Source of the DNA: the human T2T-CHM13v2.0 reference genome, Homo sapiens | Strand: one strand, 5' to 3' | Length of the DNA: 64,000 bases | Assembly (NCBI RefSeq): GCF_009914755.1 | Contig: NC_060928.1 | The notes under the pieces: model-generated | What the model was told of the DNA's origin: nothing | The model's database searches: none | Seen by the model: the letters and a program-made list of their open reading frames with translations, nothing else | Made by a program: the position numbers and the translations under genes | Shown here: in pieces, positions 57,307-64,000 of the stretch | Layout of the letters: each line of letters starts with the position of its first letter | Numbering within the stretch: the stretch's first letter is position 1

Positions 57307-57805
57307 TGTTGGGAACAGGCCCCCAAGTCTGGCCATAAACTGGCCCCCAAACTGGCTGTAAACAAAATCTCTGCAGCACTGTGACATGTTCGTGGTGGCC
57401 ATGATGCCCACGCTGAAGGTTGTGGGTTTACCAGAATGAGGGCAAGGAACACCTGGCCCACCCAAGGCAGAAAACCGCTTAAGGCATTCCTAAGCCACAA
57501 ACAATAGCATGAGAGATCTGTGCCTTAAGGACATGTTCCTGATGCAGATAACTAGCCAGAGCCCATCCCTTTGTTTCAGCCCACCCCTTTGTTTCCCGTT
57601 TTAGTTACCCTATAATCTATAGAAACAATGCTTATCACTGGCTTGCTGTCAATAAATATGTGGGTAAAACTCTGTTCATGGCTCTCAGATCGGAAGACTG
57701 TCAGCCCCCTGATTTCCCACTCCACACTTTACATTTCTATGTGTGTGTCTTTAATTTCTCTAGTGCTGCTGGGTTAGAGTCTCCACAGCCGAGCTGGTCT
57801 AGGCA
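57307..57805 (+). mobile_element. MER9a solo LTR (HERV-K HML-3)
   Basis: tgttgggaacaggccccc...ctggccataaactggcccc...aaacaaaatctctgcagcactgtgacatg...aataaa...gagctggtctaggca; ~500 bp TG...CA; partial 6-bp TSD tttgtt/attgtg. Confidence 0.9.
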
Positions 57806-58594
57806 ATTGTGGCTAACGTCTTATCTCCTACTGAGAGAAAAAGCTAACAAGCCCAGTATTACAATGCAATAGCTCTTCAGAACATGTTAGTATTGAAATA
57901 ATTTGGATCTTCTTGCCTCTGCAATTCCCTAATACCAATTATTTAATACTGGTTACATCCTCATATTATTATTTATAATGTTTCACCATCCATTGTGCCA
58001 CCTTCTTCCCAATTCTTGGCTTCCAATTGATTTTCTCAAAAATTGTTACTGTACTTAATTGATGATGAACACAAATGCAAGCCTTGTCCAGGGTTTGCAG
58101 AAAAATGTGAGTTATTATTTATTTTCTGTATATGCTACTTTAATATAAGATTAAGATAAATATGGAATAACATATTGCCCAATCTTCTTTTCTACTGAAT
58201 GCATTATGCTATAATCACTGCATTCCTAGAATTTGATGTCTTTAAATATTAATTGCAACCCCTCTCTCTTGCACAGTTACTTGGAGGTGAAAGTCGTAAA
58301 ACAGAGAGTATGTGGGAAGAATGAAAATAACAGTTCTATTGAAACAAGGAATGAAAACTCTGCCCCTAAGCTGACATGGTTTATGACTGACGATGTCACC
58401 AAATTGTGGAGAAGCACTCATTAACATAACTGAACAATAGTTTTGAAAGCTCTTGTACAAGATACAAGTAGCCATAAGACTTACTGGCCTGGTGTGTGGA
58501 GACTTCAGAGGAGGTAGGGCAACTCTTCTAGGTGCCATGAGCAAGGTAAGGTATGCTTGGACTACCCCAATTAAGATTCTGTAGTTCAGTTCAC

Positions 58595-58817
58595 TCCAAG
58601 TAAAGCTTATTTTGTCATCCAGGGGGCATGTGCAATGTCTGAAAACATTTTTAGTTGTCACATAGTGGGAGGTTGGGCAGGGAGGCAAGGTTGCTACCTG
58701 TGTCTAGTGGGTAGAGGACAGTGATGCTGCTAAGCATCCTGCAATATGCAGACAGCCTTCTACAACAAGGAATTATCTAGCTTGCAATGTGAATAGTGTC
58801 AAAGTTAAGAGAACCTG
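58595..58817. mobile_element. MER20 hAT-Charlie element
   Basis: ccagggggcatgtgcaatgtctgaaaacatttttagttgtcaca...tctagtgggtagagg...gatgctgctaagcatcctgcaat...aatagtgtcaaagttaagagaacctg. Confidence 0.88.
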
Positions 58818-59329
58818 CTGTAGACCCAAGGCCCCACTGAAGTACAAATTCTGATGGGTAAGAGCTAAATAAATAGTTCACATGCACTGTTTGAACCTAA
58901 AGGTCAGCAGTGGACTATTAAATTCTTAGTTGTCTAGATTTGCCCTCTGTGCAACACAACTATAATCCCAAGTCAGGATGTCAGCACCCTACCATTCCAA
59001 TCTCATATGAGTCTGAAAACAAAATCACATGATCCACCCTTGTCATGAGGCCCTTGGACAACCTCATGGTGGGAGTTCCAGAGCTTCTTGTAAAATCAAC
59101 CCCATGGCCTATATAGGTAATTGAGGATAAAAGAAAGTCCTAAAGGGGAAACACAGGTCACAGGGCCCAGGTAGGTCATGATCTGAGCTCCAGATGCCCT
59201 GCTATCCTAATGGTGTTGCTATTCTGGACACTGTAGGTACCAGAGAGAGACTTAGAAGATCTTAAAGAGGGCACTTCAAGTTCAAGCTCTCAGAGCCACG
59301 TATCATGCTACCAGTTCTCCTTTCCACTC

Positions 59330-60000
59330 CCTGAAACATCTCCATTTCTTATCTCAATGCCTACAGTATCCTTCTCCTAACTGTTCTCTCAAAGACACAT
59401 CTGCCATCCCTTATTTCATTCTTTTCATTTCAGCAAGAGTGAGTTCTCTCACATAGTCATTTAATTCTACTTAAGATCATTCAGCAACTTCCCACTTTTC
59501 TCAGAATAGAAACATAAAATCCTTAACTTAATCTAAAGGAAATTCAGCTGTTGTCTAGCATTCTAGTCTTATTTCATTTGTATTTTCCCTTTTACCTCTC
59601 TATTTTACCACCATACTGCACTTTTGTGTGTGTGTTCTTTAATAAATTATGCTTATTTTTAAAAAAGAGGAAGCGGCAAGGCCATCCACCACTCACTGCA
59701 TCTCCTTTATCTGCACTTGAGATTCCTTCTAATAGGTACTTTTCCCTGGGAGATTTCATTTTGTCTCAGACTTAGTGAGGTCCAACTGTCACTCACATTT
59801 GTAGCACCTCCCACTTTATAATCCCTTTATAATGACCTGGTCAGTGCTTATCATCCCCCTTACACTGCATGTTCTGTAAGAGTAGAGAATAAATCAGAGA
59901 AGCTCACTGTATGACCAACCCACAGATATCATGGAAGCTGGACAACTATAGGTGGAGAGTTAATGAATAGTTGGAAGCTAAATATTTGAATGAATTCTTT
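59330..60000 (+). mobile_element. L2 remnant
   Basis: cttcccacttttctcagaatagaa...aaatatttgaatgaat L2-type 3' end; very degenerate. Confidence 0.5.
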
Positions 60001-60029
60001 TCTGTTTGATTTAGCATTAAGTAGACTCC

Positions 60030-60715
60030 ATTTTATATTGCATTTTATTATTAAAACCTACAAATATGCAGAAATATAAAAGGAGAAATATGATAAACCC
60101 TGAATTCCCATCAATATCTAACAACTGTCACCTTATCTTATATTTACTTCATCTATTTTGCACTAATATTTTAAAATAATTTCATGTTATGTACCCCATA
60201 GTACTTCAGTATGAATATCAAAAAAAAGCATTCTCCTAAGAATACTATGCCACATCTAAAAAAACAAAAAATAATAATATTATCTAACTCCCAGAGTATA
60301 TTCTTATTTCTCCAGATTTTCCCAAAATATCTTTTCCAGTTCATTTCAAACCAGTATTGAGCCATCCACATACTGCATTTGACTCTTATATCTCTTAATT
60401 CCTTTTGATATCAGCAATGGCTAAATCTTTTCACAACACTAATTTATTGAAGCAAACAATTGTCTTGTAGAATGCCCCACCTTCTGAATTTGTCTGATTT
60501 ATTTCCTATATGCCTTCAATGTGCTCGTTTTCATTTGTTTTTAATGTCAATTGGAAGTTAAATCTAAAAGGTTGTTTGGGTTCAGTTGAAACATTTTTTC
60601 TGGTCAAGAATACTTCAGAGCTGATAATACTTTATTCACACTGTAACATGTCAAGATACATTTCATGTCTGATCATGTTACTATTTCTGGTGCTGAGCTG
60701 TATCAGTGGTTAAAG
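60030..60715 (-). mobile_element. Old L1 (L1MC/ME) 3' UTR remnant
   Basis: tcatgttatgtaccccatagtacttcagtatg...tgtcttgtagaatgccccaccttctgaatttgtctgatt. Confidence 0.6.
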
Positions 60716-60802
60716 GACTCTTCCAATTGTACATACCCTATCGTAGAGAAAAATTAGAACATTAAGATCAACTATGAAAATAAAATAATTTAATGAACTT
60801 AT

Positions 60803-60931
60803 CTATTTATTTTTATGCTTATGGATTTAAAGGTACAAGTACAGTTGTGTTCTGTGGCTATATTGCATAATGATGATGTCTGGGATTTTAGTGTGGCAAT
60901 TACCCAAGAAGTGTGTACATTGTAGCCAGTG
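60803..60931 (-). mobile_element. L1PB/L1MA 3'-terminal fragment
   Basis: ggtacaagtacagttgtgtt...atattgcataatg...gtctgggattttagtg...gtgtacattgta. Confidence 0.65.
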
Positions 60932-61884
60932 GGAACTTACTGAATATTTACTGAATAAGTTTCACTTAGTTTTTATATTTTCCACTGCAAGTCTTTATGT
61001 TTTAAGTGTCCAACTCACTGAGATTACTTCCTATACGAATATTTGGAAAATTCATATAAGCACACTCAGAAAGTCCGGGGGAAAATTTTTAAATATATGT
61101 GATATAAAACATAAATAAATTCACAAATAAAAGGCCAGATGTTATATAATCAGATCAGAATACAAACACATCTGAAAACATGTTTCTAGTCAATCACTGA
61201 CTACAAATTATGGTTTAAGGGATACAATTAAGGCTCATTACTATACAACTGGTTTTAGAGATCTCTACAAACTAACAAAGCCATAACAGGTTTACAAGCT
61301 AATTAGTGCTCTTAACATTGTCTCATGCTGATCAAGCACTTTTGCTTTTGCTTATTTCCCTTATATGCTATTCAAAAATAAAACTTAGATTCTGAACAAA
61401 TTAATTAACCCTCTTACTTACTTGGTTGTTTCAGCCCCATTAAACTAAAGAAATCAAATCACCTCATTCTTAAAGTCTTGAGAAGATGAGATAAACTTAA
61501 AAGCTTTCAACTGTGAAAGAACAGAAACAAAGCTCGCTGGAGAGATGGGATCTGAATAGTCAAATCATTTTGAATAGGCACTATGTACTTGGGAACTTCT
61601 GCATGAGCAAGTGATTCTTGGATATTCCTGTAAATCCATTCTGAATATGGTAAGTAATACTGAAGAATAACTGTTTTCGAGTGCTTTATCTGCATGTATC
61701 AAAATAAAAAAGATTTGTGCCAATGTGCATTTGGTGCCAATGTACATTTGTCTTTTAGTCCCAAAGTCGGGACTTGTCTCTTCTTCCTTCTCCCTCCTCT
61801 TACTCATCCTTCTCCACTTCTGAAGTAAATAGAAACATACCAAAACATTTCTTTTAACTAGACTCTGTAATGCGAATTTATATG

Positions 61885-62060
61885 CATCTTGTTATAAAAG
61901 CCTTTGCCATAAATCTGATTATTACTTTTATGCACATTTTACAGACAATGAAACTAAAGCCCCCAAAAGCCAAAAGAAACTGCCCAAGGTGACATAGCTG
62001 CTGAGTGATGGAATGGGGACTAGATCAAACTCTAAAATCAAAGAGCATGCTCACAATAAC
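61885..62060 (-). mobile_element. MIR
   Basis: cattttacagacaatgaaactaaagcc...actgcccaaggtgacatagctgctgagtgatgga. Confidence 0.75.
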
Positions 62061-62809
62061 CCATTAAGAGAACTAAAGGAAACAATATTCTCCAATCTAT
62101 TCTCCTTGTGCACATTAAAATTAAAACAATGGTGTTGCATTTTTCAAACAGTTATGTACTGATATTATACCAAGATGCAAGCATGGGTGGATTCCTTAAT
62201 TGTAATAGGTATAAGTAATATAATGCTAAAATGCAAATTTTGAATCCCATTCTGTCTTCCAACTATTATCTCTGCCAAATTCTTTCACAATTCTACATTA
62301 ATACATATTACACATTTTGGAAAATTTAATATATAAGGCTACTGTTTGTATTATATTTGAAATTAGTTATGTTAGCCATTAATATTTACACTGTTTCACA
62401 ATCCTAAAAATATCACTATCTTGTCTTACTAGAAAAAAATTGAAAATGGAGTCATTAAAAAAAAAGTGAAAAAAAAACCTCTCAAAGAGTAAAAAAATCT
62501 AAAAGCTATGCCTTTAGGAGGAGGTGAAAATTAACTAGTGTCATCTCAAGTATGAACACACATGGCTTCTTCACACTTAATTAGAAAATTAGAAGCACTT
62601 AAGCCAAAGCATTCAAAAGAACAATGTGTCAGAGTCAGAATTAGTTATAATCGGTTAGCTTGTGCTATTAACATTGCCTAGCTTCTTTTCTGAGTCTACA
62701 CAGTAGATGTCTGTTTTTCTCTTTTTTTTTTCCCCAACATCTAATTTATCAAAAACTCAGCCCCAATAAAAGACATGGTTGTGTTACAGTGTTATATGAA
62801 AGAAAAATA

Positions 62810-62915
62810 CTTTGTTGGAGTTAGGGTTCCCCTAGTGACTAGTTAGTGAGCTTGAACAAGTGAAGTAAATTCCATGCGACTCAGTGAACCTCATATCTAT
62901 AGTATGAAAAAAAAA
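62810..62915 (+). mobile_element. MIR fragment
   Basis: actagttagtgagcttgaacaagt...ctcagtgaacctcatatctatagtatg. Confidence 0.5.
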
Positions 62916-64000
62916 ACCATGGTACTTCTTTGTGTTCTTTTGTCACAGATTAATATTTTATTTTCTTACACATAAAATAAGTTTAGGAAATATTCATTTA
63001 ACCTGAAATATTAATTTAAAAAATGCATTTGGTATTACAGTTATCCATGTACTAATTTGCCTGAACCTAGAGAAAAGTGTAAAAAGTGTTTACAATTTTG
63101 AAAGTCCTAGTGGAAAGATTTTGTTTTTACTTAGTTTTATTTTATTTTACTTTTTTTGTAATTTTATTTTTTTCACACCACATAAATACAATGACACAGG
63201 ATACCATTTTTACAGGTGTGCATTGTATACTCTTAAATTATAAACTTTTAAATACATTTTAAATGATAGAAAAGTATATACAAACATAGATATACACAAC
63301 TTTCAATCTATAATTATTTGTTTTTAAGAGATTATATATATAATTAGAATTGGAAATATATATAATAATTCTATATCTCTATAATTCTTTTTTATATCTA
63401 TATAATTCTTATTCCTCATTACTTCAATAATTTCAATATAATTATTTCAATAACAATTAATTAACTATAGTTCAGGTATGTTGCCAAATACTGTTTGGTC
63501 CAAGAATAACCTTTGCAGTTTAAATCAACTAATTTTTGTCATCAAAGAAGTAAGAAAAATTGTATTTCCATGAATGATGTGTTATAATAACTATCTTAAT
63601 CATAATGATTTTAGTAATCAACAATGATAGATAATTATTCAATATGCACTAGACACTGTAGTAAGCACTTTTCGTGATTGTTTCTTCTTAATAACACTTC
63701 AAAGGTAAGTATTATCATCCTCAAACACACATAGTAGTTAAAGTATATATTTTGTCTTACACTCATTTATTTGTACCAGGCAGGGGAGGCTTCAGAATTG
63801 GTTTGTGATGGTGATGGGCTTCAGCATAACACCTCAAATTCACCAATTACTATAATTAAATATATACATTAACCATAAACAATGCATCTATCAAACAAGT
63901 ACAAAAATCTTAACTTGTCAATTGTGTCACTGAAGCCCACTTCTAAGTTACTACATAGAAATTCTCAACCTCCCATAGTGAGAAGATGTAATCCCAAGTG

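Overview
AT-rich, CpG-depleted primate (human-like) non-coding DNA, roughly half of it recognisable transposable-element remnants. I found no intact protein-coding gene, RNA gene or CRISPR array. The listed ORFs are random, Alu-derived, or broken L1 and ERV-L fragments. The main structures are: (1) a near-complete Tigger1 (45375-56266) split by four insertions, namely a full-length L1PA15/16-type L1 (itself carrying an Alu and a polypurine expansion), two Alus and a doubly truncated young L1 piece; (2) two ERV-L-class internal remnants (about 11.25-11.79 kb and 21.1-24.9 kb); (3) many solo LTRs (THE1, MLT1/2, MST, MER34-like, LTR40-like, MER9), plus Alus, MIR, L2, MER20 and microsatellites. 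The most unusual signals are local DNA-copying scars. A ~170-bp piece of the ERV-L protease region was copied 3.3 kb upstream into an old L1, and an overlapping ~30-bp piece appears 2.2 kb downstream inside a MIR. The donor lies ~220 bp from an anomalous CpG-rich palindromic patch. Two (TA)n tracts have inverted-repeat arms. I see no support for a new gene system. Repeat subfamily names come from recalled consensus sequences and need RepeatMasker/Dfam confirmation. Boundaries of old elements are approximate.
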